From a virus (taxonomy: Duplodnaviria > Caudoviricetes): a stretch of 47,752 bases of DNA. The first letter of the stretch is position 1. Each line of letters starts with the position of its first letter. The stretch lies in the IMG/VR virus record IMGVR_UViG_3300012041_000009, positions 1 to 47,752 of that record, one strand, 5' to 3'. The position numbers and the translations under genes are program-made. Under the pieces are notes generated by a model. It was not told the DNA's origin. It saw nothing but the letters and a program-made list of their open reading frames with translations, and did no database searches. This document shows, piece by piece, positions 1-6,394 of this stretch.

Positions 1-123
1 GGAGCACGAGCAGGATGGCCGTCGCTTCCTCAAGCCGCCCGGCGGCGATCGCCTCGATGGCGCGGAGCTGCTGCGATGAACGGTCCATGGCAGCCCTCAG
101 ATCGAGAAGCGGCCCTGGCCGCC
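1..123. repeat. Terminal direct repeat identical to 47630-47752 (circular assembly overlap)
   Basis: ggagcacgagcaggatggcc...ggccctggccgcc is present at both ends; genes run across the junction. Confidence 0.95.
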
Positions 124-1284
124 AGTGGACGATGCGGGTCCGGCTTCAGCCGGAGCCCCAGCCGTTGATTCGTGGTTCGAGACTTGGGGTTCTGGGCTCG
201 GATGTCCGGCTTCAGCCGGGCCGACGTCGCCGAGCGGCAGGGCCTGCCCGCTCAGGTCGCGCAGCGTCTGCAGCAGGACATCCGCCTGCCCCTTGTGCCG
301 CTTCAGCATCACGAGCCGCTGCGCGGGCGGCGTGTTCATGGCAGTGAAGCCGGCGAGAATCGCCACCGCGGCCGGCGCCGGGCAGTCCAGCTCGGACGCG
401 ATCAGGACCTCGGGCGCGAGCGCGGCCCCGGCCTTCAGATCCCCGAACGCCTCATCGATCGTGGTCTCGCCGTCCTTCAGCGCCGTCCGCAGCCCCTGCA
501 GGTCCTCGAGATGGTCGAGCGTGACATCCGCCTCGCCGCGGATGCCGCAGTAGGCGTAGAGGTCGGCCGGGGTCTTCCCGTATTGGACCTTGAAGAACTC
601 GAGCACCCTGGCCCAGCGATCGGCGAGCGTCTTCGCATCCCCGCGGGCGATGACGAGGCACTTGTCGTAGATCCCCGACCAGAGCGCGCGGGGGATGACG
701 TGGAGGATCGCGTTCCGGGTGGCGATGCTGATCCCCGCGTTCGACGTCACCCCGATCATGTCGTCCGAGTAGGTGTGCCCCTCGCGCGTGGTGATGCGCC
801 GCTTCACGTCGATCGAGAACGCGGAATTCGTCTCGAGGTCCCACGCCATGCCGCGCAGCAGGACGAACCGGGCGTCCTGGTCGATCGTGACGCCGGCGAT
901 CCGCATGTGCCCCCAGCTCGCCACGAGCAGCTCCGCGAACCGGATTGAGGGCCCCTGGATCTTCTTGTAGCCGCTCGGCTCGTTCCTGTCCTTGCGCTTC
1001 AAGGTGTAGAAGCACGACTCCGCGATGTCGCTGGTCCGCGTGGCCAGCGTCTCGAGCTTCTTCAGAAACGTGGTGATGTCGCGCGGGAAGGCGCGCGCGG
1101 TCCGGACCTGCACGTCGATGGCCCCGCGCTCCATCGCCTCGGCAATCCCGCCGGTCCCTGGCACCGTCATCGAGACGTCGGCGTCCATCACGTCCCCAGC
1201 CATCACCGTCTCGTGCGGATGACGAGTCGCCACGCGCGACACTGGCGCGGCTGCGCGACGTCCTGCTACACTTCCTGCTGGCAT
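97..1284 (-). CDS. Phage ssDNA-annealing/recombination protein (RecT/ERF-like functional class)
   Basis: Motifs ARAFPRD, GPSIRFAE and AWDLETN are typical of a phage annealing-protein family. Start reassigned to ATG 1284 with AAAGGA upstream. Lies near the exonuclease gene across the circular junction. Confidence 0.7.
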   Translation of the reverse strand: MPAGSVAGRRAAAPVSRVATRHPHETVMAGDVMDADVSMTVPGTGGIAEAMERGAIDVQVRTARAFPRDITTFLKKLETLATRTSDIAESCFYTLKRKDRNEPSGYKKIQGPSIRFAELLVASWGHMRIAGVTIDQDARFVLLRGMAWDLETNSAFSIDVKRRITTREGHTYSDDMIGVTSNAGISIATRNAILHVIPRALWSGIYDKCLVIARGDAKTLADRWARVLEFFKVQYGKTPADLYAYCGIRGEADVTLDHLEDLQGLRTALKDGETTIDEAFGDLKAGAALAPEVLIASELDCPAPAAVAILAGFTAMNTPPAQRLVMLKRHKGQADVLLQTLRDLSGQALPLGDVGPAEAGHPSPEPQVSNHESTAGAPAEAGPASSTGGQGRFSI

Positions 1285-1346
1285 TCGAGTCGAGTCCTTT
1301 CCTGGGCCGGCCGGCGTTCGCAGCGCCAGTCGGCCCGTCGTCGTTT

Positions 1347-1466
1347 TCAGGCCTTCATCAACACGCGCGCCCCGAAGATCGCCAGCAGCCGGAGCTTCTC
1401 GGCGAGGCTGGCCTTCGCGTACTTCACGCGTCGCTTTGACCACTTCCGCTGCGCGGCGCGTCCCAT
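1347..1466 (-). CDS. Small basic protein (39 aa, MGRAAQRKWSKRRVKYAKASLAEKLRLLAIFGARVLMKA)
   Basis: Translated by hand; TAG-ATG junction with the upstream gene; paralog at 41499-41633. Confidence 0.6.
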   Translation of the reverse strand: MGRAAQRKWSKRRVKYAKASLAEKLRLLAIFGARVLMKA

Positions 1467-1652
1467 CTATCTCGCCTCCACCAAGAGCGACTTGAAGTAC
1501 TCGGCGCACGCGGCGCCGTAGGCCTCCGGTGTCTCGCCTCGCACGATCCGCTCGACGTCGTGCTTGAACGCTGACGGGTCCTCGCGAAAGCGCCGATCCC
1601 ACAGAGCGAACGCGCGAACCATCTGCGTACCGGCCACCAGGATCTGGTCCAT
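1467..1652 (-). CDS. Hypothetical protein
   Basis: 61-aa ORF with GGGAG upstream, within the early operon. Confidence 0.6.
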   Translation of the reverse strand: MDQILVAGTQMVRAFALWDRRFREDPSAFKHDVERIVRGETPEAYGAACAEYFKSLLVEAR

Positions 1653-1667
1653 CTCGAAGCTCCCTTC

Positions 1668-1898
1668 TCAGCGCCAGCCCGGACTCGCCCACCGACAGCG
1701 CTGACATTCCATCCGACGCGCGCGAGGATCGAACCGCATCCGATCGCGCCGCCACCGGCAGACCGTGCCGTGTCGCACCAGGCGCAGCGCGGCCGTGATC
1801 CGGTACCAGATGACCTGTGTCGTCAGCAGGTCCGTCGCGATCGCCAACCAGGCGAGCACGGCGTATCCCGCGAGCTCCACGCCCAGCGGAATGCTCAT
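1668..1898 (-). CDS. Small membrane protein with C-terminal CxxC
   Basis: Hydrophobic N-terminus, CQRC; ATGA overlap with the upstream ORF. Confidence 0.55.
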   Translation of the reverse strand: MSIPLGVELAGYAVLAWLAIATDLLTTQVIWYRITAALRLVRHGTVCRWRRDRMRFDPRARRMECQRCRWASPGWR

Positions 1899-2113
1899 TG
1901 CGCCACACAGGCCCAGACGGCCAGGACCGGAATGCCGTGGACGTGCCTAGGGGTCAAATCGCCGGCAGCCGGTTCCGTGTGCCTCGCGATCGGGATGTAG
2001 AGCTGCATCGCGTTCGGGCAGGCCGGCTTCGAGGTCGTCAGCGCCAGCCCTGGCGACCTTGCTTCCTGCGCCAGCAGCGCGTAGGCCACGAGGACGGCGA
2101 TGGCCCACTTCAT
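1895..2113 (-). CDS. Small secreted/membrane protein (MKWAIAVLVAYALLAQ...)
   Basis: Signal-peptide-like start at internal Met 2113; ATGA overlaps at both ends. Confidence 0.5.
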   Translation of the reverse strand: MKWAIAVLVAYALLAQEARSPGLALTTSKPACPNAMQLYIPIARHTEPAAGDLTPRHVHGIPVLAVWACVAQ

Positions 2114-2241
2114 TGGCCACCCCACCAACGAGCGATCGTCCAGCCGAGACCGACCAGAAACCCACACCAGAGCACGGTCCCGACCAGGCCGCCGACGAAG
2201 AGCAGACGCACCACCCACCGTTCCTGTTGCGCGATCGTCAT
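2110..2241 (-). CDS. Small membrane peptide (43 aa, MTIAQQERWVVRLLFVGGLVGTVLWCGFLVGLGWTIARWWGGQ)
   Basis: Translated by hand; one TM helix; ATGA coupling on both sides. Confidence 0.55.
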   Translation of the reverse strand: MTIAQQERWVVRLLFVGGLVGTVLWCGFLVGLGWTIARWWGGQ

Positions 2242-2384
2242 CGCCGCCCTCTCTGCGTCCACTTCCACCACATGAACCGAGCCTGACCAATCAGCACCAC
2301 GAACCCGACCGCCATCGCGACCCCCCCGAGCAGCGCCGCCACGATGAAGCCCACCACGCGCAGCACCTGGAGCAGATCGATCAA
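2238..2384 (-). CDS. Small membrane peptide (48 aa, MIDLLQVLRVVGFIVAALLGGVAMAVGFVVLIGQARFMWWKWTQRGRR)
   Basis: Translated by hand; TTGA overlap with the upstream stop; TM helix and basic tail. Confidence 0.55.
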   Translation of the reverse strand: MIDLLQVLRVVGFIVAALLGGVAMAVGFVVLIGQARFMWWKWTQRGRR

Positions 2385-2758
2385 CGCTCCACCGCCAGGG
2401 CGAGATCGCCGAGCCCTTCGAGCACCTGGGCGAGCGCAGCCCGGCCGAAGCCGAATCGGCGGCTGATGGCGCGATTCATCTCCAGGTGGAACGCCGGCGG
2501 CAGGCAGAGCAACTGGACGAACGACGGGCGCTCCCGGTGATCGACCAGGCGCCAGCGGCGCACCAGCGCATCGGACACGCCGATGCAGTAGGCCGCCTCC
2601 TGGCTCGTGATGCTGGCTTGTGTCAACGCTTCGTCAAACAGTTGAGCGGCAAGGGCATCCGGCTCCTGCGAACGATTTGTTCGCACGGGGCTGTCCTGCG
2701 AACTTTTCGGAAGCAGACTCGGCGGCAGGTTCAGCTGAGCATCAGAGCGTGACTTCAT
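2381..2758 (-). CDS. CII-like HTH regulatory protein
   Basis: HTH-like segment ITSQEAAYCIGVSDALVRRW; position downstream of the cro-like gene; start reassigned to ATG 2758. Confidence 0.55.
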   Translation of the reverse strand: MKSRSDAQLNLPPSLLPKSSQDSPVRTNRSQEPDALAAQLFDEALTQASITSQEAAYCIGVSDALVRRWRLVDHRERPSFVQLLCLPPAFHLEMNRAISRRFGFGRAALAQVLEGLGDLALAVER

Positions 2759-3045
2759 CGCGACACCACCAGGCCGAGATCGCTCGGCTCGATCGGGAGC
2801 TGAAACGGCTCCGCCGCCGGCTCCGGATGCGGGCGCGACTCCGCCGCGCAAGGAACGCTATCGGGGAACTGCTGCGACCCACGCAGCATGGCGAGCAGGC
2901 GTGGCCCGCCCGGCAGGAACACGATCGATTGCCGGCCGACCTGCGGGCGCTCGGCGCGCTGCTCTGGCAAGTGGATCAGCTCCGCGCGCGCGTCGCGCAG
3001 GAGTTGCACGTGAGGCTGGAAGAGGAAGAGCGGCGCCATGACTAG
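2749..3045 (+). CDS. Hypothetical helical protein, antisense to the early operon
   Basis: AEIARLDRELKRLRRRL...LHVRLEEEERRHD reads more protein-like than the overlapping minus-strand ORF; start uncertain. Confidence 0.35.
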   Translation: MTSSRHHQAEIARLDRELKRLRRRLRMRARLRRARNAIGELLRPTQHGEQAWPARQEHDRLPADLRALGALLWQVDQLRARVAQELHVRLEEEERRHD

Positions 3046-3572
3046 GCACCCCTCGCCAACCGGTTCAACACCGCGTGATGCGCGATGTGACAGGCGCGGC
3101 ACAGCCACCGGACGACGAGCGGCTTGGAATAGTCGTCGTGGTGCCCGTGTGGCTTACACGAGACGCCGCAGGCCGAGCAAGACGAAGGGCGAATCAATCG
3201 CCCCGAATTCACTGCAGCACGCGCCGCGACTTGCGCAGCCACCTTCTCCGGATACTTGGCTTGGAACCGGCGGCTGTAGCGGCTGTGGAACCTCGACACG
3301 CCTCCGCGCCAGTTTGGATTCTTGGCCCCGACTGCTCCAGTATTCCTCGCCCGCGTCACGCGACCGGCACGCTTCGCGGCGCAGGCTACTGAGCACAGGC
3401 GGCCCCGACGCGGATGACGCAGCTTGCGCCGCTCGGTCTGAAACTCAACGCCGCACTCTTCACAAATGAATGGGATTAGGCCGACGCGGCGGTTGCTGCG
3501 CGTCGTCGCAACTTGTTTGCACAGTTCGACATAGCCGAACTGATCAGAACATATATTATGCGATCCCGCCAT
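3042..3572 (-). CDS. HNH (homing-endonuclease-like) zinc-binding protein
   Basis: CEEC...CSVAC, NPNWRGG, CSAC...HGHHDDYSKPLVVRWLCRACHIAHH. Confidence 0.8.
   Translation of the reverse strand: MAGSHNICSDQFGYVELCKQVATTRSNRRVGLIPFICEECGVEFQTERRKLRHPRRGRLCSVACAAKRAGRVTRARNTGAVGAKNPNWRGGVSRFHSRYSRRFQAKYPEKVAAQVAARAAVNSGRLIRPSSCSACGVSCKPHGHHDDYSKPLVVRWLCRACHIAHHAVLNRLARGA
3524..3540. promoter_or_regulatory. Putative repressor operator GTTCG-N7-CGAAC
   Basis: GTTCGACATAGCCGAAC has the same arms and spacing as the palindrome between cro and cI. Confidence 0.5.
3539..3566 (-). other. dif-like XerC/XerD recombination site
   Basis: Minus strand reads GGATCGCATAA-TATATG-TTCTGATCAGT against E. coli dif GGTGCGCATAA-TGTATA-TTATGTTAAAT (9/11, 4/6, 7/11 by eye); AT-rich island in a high-GC genome. 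Confidence 0.5.
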
Positions 3573-3583
3573 AATGCCTCGTC

Positions 3584-3910
3584 TTACGCGCGCGATTCTT
3601 CGGCATCCACCCGAGACGTGCGCGGTCTGCGCACGGTAGCCGGACTGGCTGGCGGCCATTCCACCATGTTCGGGATCGGGACGCCCGTGACCTCGTGCAG
3701 CGCCAGGGCCGTCCCCAGCGAGCACCGCCGTGACTTGCTCAGGATGGAGGACATCGTCCCCTTCGACACCGAGCAGCCCTTCTGCGCGAGAAGGCGAATG
3801 AGCTGGGTCGCGTTGGTACCTGTGGCCTCCATCCAGTCATGAAGGGACGCGTGTGGCGCCTGCCCGTTCCGCCCGCGCGGCACGCGTCCAGTGCGTACTT
3901 TGTGAACCAT
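3584..3910 (-). CDS. Cro-like XRE HTH regulator
   Basis: SLHDWMEATGTNATQLIRLL...SKGTMSSIL...ALALHEVTGVPI; divergent from the repressor gene. Confidence 0.75.
   Translation of the reverse strand: MVHKVRTGRVPRGRNGQAPHASLHDWMEATGTNATQLIRLLAQKGCSVSKGTMSSILSKSRRCSLGTALALHEVTGVPIPNMVEWPPASPATVRRPRTSRVDAEESRA
3891..3907. promoter_or_regulatory. Degenerate operator copy at the start of the cro-like gene
   Basis: GTGCGTACTTTGTGAAC is 12/17 identical to 3955-3971. Confidence 0.4.
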
Positions 3911-3917
3911 GGCGGGT

Positions 3918-3947
3918 AGCCTACGCCCACTCCTGTTGCGGTGTCAA
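3918..3947 (-). promoter_or_regulatory. Sigma70-type early lytic promoter, probably giving a leaderless cro mRNA
   Basis: TTGACA (3947-3942), 18-nt spacer, TAGGCT (3923-3918), then 7 nt to ATG 3910 with no SD. Confidence 0.75.
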
Positions 3948-3954
3948 GTCCCGA

Positions 3955-3971
3955 GTTCGTACTCCACGAAC
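3955..3971. promoter_or_regulatory. Putative repressor operator GTTCGT-ACTCC-ACGAAC
   Basis: Perfect 6-bp inverted repeat between the divergent cro-like and cI-like genes. Confidence 0.6.
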
Positions 3972-4016
3972 CACACTAGCGTTTCCCCGCCTGCCCGTGG
4001 TACCAGACAGTCCCTC

Positions 4017-4502
4017 GTGACTTCTAGCGCGCGTCCCAGTGCCGCCGTTCGCATTCAGGCCCGCCTGGTCGCGCTCGTCGAGCGCGCCATCAAGACAGGC
4101 GCGCTGCCCAGCCAGAAAGTCTTTGGCGACCTGGTCGGCTTGCGAAAGTCCGGCGTCACCCGCCTACTGAAGGGCGCTGGCACGTCACTCGGCCCACTGG
4201 CCCGCTTGGACGCGATTGCGGAGGCCCTTGGGACGTCACCAGCCGCGCTTGTGCGCCACGAGGGCAGCACCCTTGACGAGTTGTCCCCAGACGAGGAACG
4301 GCTCCTGTCCCATTGGCGGCGGTTGCCGCTTGACGCGCGCGAGGCCGTGCTCCGGCTCTTTGACTTCTACACAGGTTTGGAGCCTGACGAACGCGCGTTG
4401 CGTGGACTCGTGGCGAAGATACGCCGGTTTAAAAACCAAGCCGATATTGGACAGGTCGAACGCACGGTGGAAAGTATTCTGAAGGCGCAGCGGCGCCGAT
4501 AG
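4017..4502 (+). CDS. CI-like XRE-family repressor
   Basis: SQKVFGDLVGLRKSGVTRLLKG...LDAIAEALGTSPAALV followed by LSPDEERLLSHWRRL; GTG 4017 taken as start; no S24 peptidase domain evident. Confidence 0.8.
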   Translation: MTSSARPSAAVRIQARLVALVERAIKTGALPSQKVFGDLVGLRKSGVTRLLKGAGTSLGPLARLDAIAEALGTSPAALVRHEGSTLDELSPDEERLLSHWRRLPLDAREAVLRLFDFYTGLEPDERALRGLVAKIRRFKNQADIGQVERTVESILKAQRRR

Positions 4503-4512
4503 GGGAAGGAAC

Positions 4513-4917
4513 GTGTACTGGTTCATCGTCGTGGCACCAATTTGCGCCGGGATCCTGTACTGGTCGCTCGAAGGCCGCGGGCGTCGGGGCGAGTACATCG
4601 CTGCCGCGATCGTTCTGGCCGTACTCGCGTGGCTGATGTATCAACTCGTCTCTGGACCGATGCCCGTCCCCACCAGTAAGGCGGAACTCCGTGGGGTGCA
4701 ATTTCTCGGCGAGCACGGGCCGCCGCTGATGCTCGCTCTCGCCGCGCTGGCCGTGACGTGCACGGTCGCGAGCGCCCTGTTCCGACCACGCGTCACGCCT
4801 GGGCCTCCAACGACGACCTGCCCCTTCTGCGCGGAGACGATCCTCCCGGCCGCGTGCGTCTGCAAACATTGCAGCCGTGACATCCCAGGGACACGGCGCG
4901 CCTTCACTGCACAATGA
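4513..4917 (+). CDS. Membrane protein with C-terminal zinc ribbon
   Basis: Three hydrophobic segments plus CPFCAETILPAACVCKHCSRD; co-oriented with the repressor. Confidence 0.75.
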   Translation: MYWFIVVAPICAGILYWSLEGRGRRGEYIAAAIVLAVLAWLMYQLVSGPMPVPTSKAELRGVQFLGEHGPPLMLALAALAVTCTVASALFRPRVTPGPPTTTCPFCAETILPAACVCKHCSRDIPGTRRAFTAQ

Positions 4918-4969
4918 GCCGGCCGCAGGCACGACGGCCGTGAACACTACCCGATAGAAAGGAACGCCG

Positions 4970-5254
4970 ATGACTACCCTACTCGTCGTGCTCGCCGTCG
5001 CCGCCGCCGCCCTGGGCGGACTCATGCTCTCAGAGGCGACGACAGGCGTCGGCGTGGTGGCTGGCGCGTGCCTCCTGGCGATCTTTGCCAGGATGGCGCA
5101 GGCGCGGGCCGACCACGCCTCGCTCATCACCGAAATCTGGCGCACCACGAACCCGACGCGCGCCGAGGAAGCGCCGGGATCCGCCGGGCGCGAGGCGCCG
5201 CCGAAGTCCAAGGCACGGATCGTTCACGGGATCGTCGTCGACGAGGGGCTGTGA
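4970..5254 (+). CDS. Two-TM membrane protein
   Basis: AAAGGA SD; two hydrophobic helices. Confidence 0.7.
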   Translation: MTTLLVVLAVAAAALGGLMLSEATTGVGVVAGACLLAIFARMAQARADHASLITEIWRTTNPTRAEEAPGSAGREAPPKSKARIVHGIVVDEGL

Positions 5255-5260
5255 ATCACC

Positions 5261-5371
5261 CTACCGCGTCAGCCGCCCGACGACCCACGTGCCGAGCGCC
5301 CAGCCGAGGCCGGTGAAGAACCCGACGCAGGCCCACGTGACACACCCCATGACGCTGATTGCTGTTGGCAT
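5261..5371 (-). CDS. Small membrane peptide (36 aa, MPTAISVMGCVTWACVGFFTGLGWALGTWVVGRLTR)
   Basis: Translated by hand; strong AGGAG SD; one TM helix. Confidence 0.6.
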   Translation of the reverse strand: MPTAISVMGCVTWACVGFFTGLGWALGTWVVGRLTR

Positions 5372-5405
5372 GCTCTCTCCTGTTCACTGTGCTAGGATTT
5401 CGCCC

Positions 5406-5693
5406 GTGATCTGCATGCGTTGCGACAAGGAAGGCGGCCTGCTCTACCGCGGCCTCTGCCGCTCCTGTGCTCCAGCCCTCCATGATTCGTACAAGCACGA
5501 AGCGCAGACATGGGAGCGACTGTTCGCGGACTTCACCGCGGCGACTGGGCTGGACCATTTCACGAACTGGACCGCATTCGAGGAATGGCTCGACGCCGCA
5601 GTCTCGAATCCCCCAGAGCGCGTGCCGGTAGACGGGAGCCACGTGCCAATGTATCTCCCTGACGGCTACGGAACGACCACGAAACCTCAGTAG
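5406..5693 (+). CDS. Hypothetical zinc-finger protein (CMRC...CRSC)
   Basis: GTG 5406 lies 7 nt after an extended -10 (TGcTAGGAT), so probably leaderless. Confidence 0.5.
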   Translation: MICMRCDKEGGLLYRGLCRSCAPALHDSYKHEAQTWERLFADFTAATGLDHFTNWTAFEEWLDAAVSNPPERVPVDGSHVPMYLPDGYGTTTKPQ

Positions 5694-5745
5694 TCGTCCG
5701 ACGTCGCGTACCACCCGCCCGGCGTCAGCACGCCGCGGTCCCAGC

Positions 5746-5922
5746 TCACGCGGGCGTAGGGTCGTCCGCATACTCGTCGAGGATGGCGCCCAGCATCACG
5801 ATGACCTCCTCGATCTGCGGGAGCTCCTTGATGCGCCACCAGCCGAAGGTCTGCCCGATGCGCGCGGCCGTCATCGCCAGTCGCACGACCGCCCGGATTC
5901 TGTCGAGATTGCGTTCTGCCAT
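5746..5922 (-). CDS. Hypothetical protein in the putative lysis region
   Basis: MAERNLDRIRAVVRL...; GGGAGA SD. Confidence 0.55.
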   Translation of the reverse strand: MAERNLDRIRAVVRLAMTAARIGQTFGWWRIKELPQIEEVIVMLGAILDEYADDPTPA

Positions 5923-5939
5923 TGTGAGTCTCCCTGTCG

Positions 5940-6308
5940 CTATTTCCCGGTGAACGTGCGCTCGCCGAAACACCCTTCGGCCGTCTGCCCAGCGGCCTTC
6001 CGTCGATCGAAGCAGTCCTGAATCATGATGTTCTTGATGTCCCGCAGGATCATCGAGCTTTCACTGGTGTCGTTGACGTGCAGCCGCATCACTTCGTCCA
6101 CGGTGGTGATGCGCGGTTCGATCTTCGTCACCGCCTTGTCGATGTTGTCGATCTTCGGTGTCACGGTGAAGATCAGCCAGTAGAGCAGCACTGAGGCGAC
6201 CGCGACGCCGAAGCCGAACTTCGCGATCAGCTGCGCCCACCAGGGCGCGTGCCGCATGCTGCCGCTGAACGTCTCGTCGGTGGAGGTCGCTGATCGATGG
6301 TTCGTCAT
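5940..6308 (-). CDS. Holin-like single-TM membrane protein
   Basis: WWAQLIAKFGFGVAVASVLLYWL followed by a coiled-coil; located after the tail genes. Confidence 0.55.
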   Translation of the reverse strand: MTNHRSATSTDETFSGSMRHAPWWAQLIAKFGFGVAVASVLLYWLIFTVTPKIDNIDKAVTKIEPRITTVDEVMRLHVNDTSESSMILRDIKNIMIQDCFDRRKAAGQTAEGCFGERTFTGK

Positions 6309-6394
6309 GGGTCACCTACGGGTCCCGCGAGTAGATCGTCCACGGCGCTCGCCGTCACCGTGACGACCAACGCGTCTAAGATCGCCGCCATAGA

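Noticed and set aside
1-123. 123-bp terminal repeat as a biological terminal repeat or attL/attR pair
   Set aside because: It falls within coding sequence, the genes continue across the junction, and the packaging module is cos-type; an assembly overlap is the simplest explanation
1285-1908. N-terminal extension making a 603-aa protein (similar extensions on the GT, rSAM, SbcC-like, RecB-like and HerA-like ORFs)
   Set aside because: The extensions overlap other plausible genes; downstream starts have SD sequences or start/stop overlaps
3537-3550. LexA box of the GTTC-N7-GTTC type
   Set aside because: The GAAC direct repeat here has a 6-nt spacer, not 7
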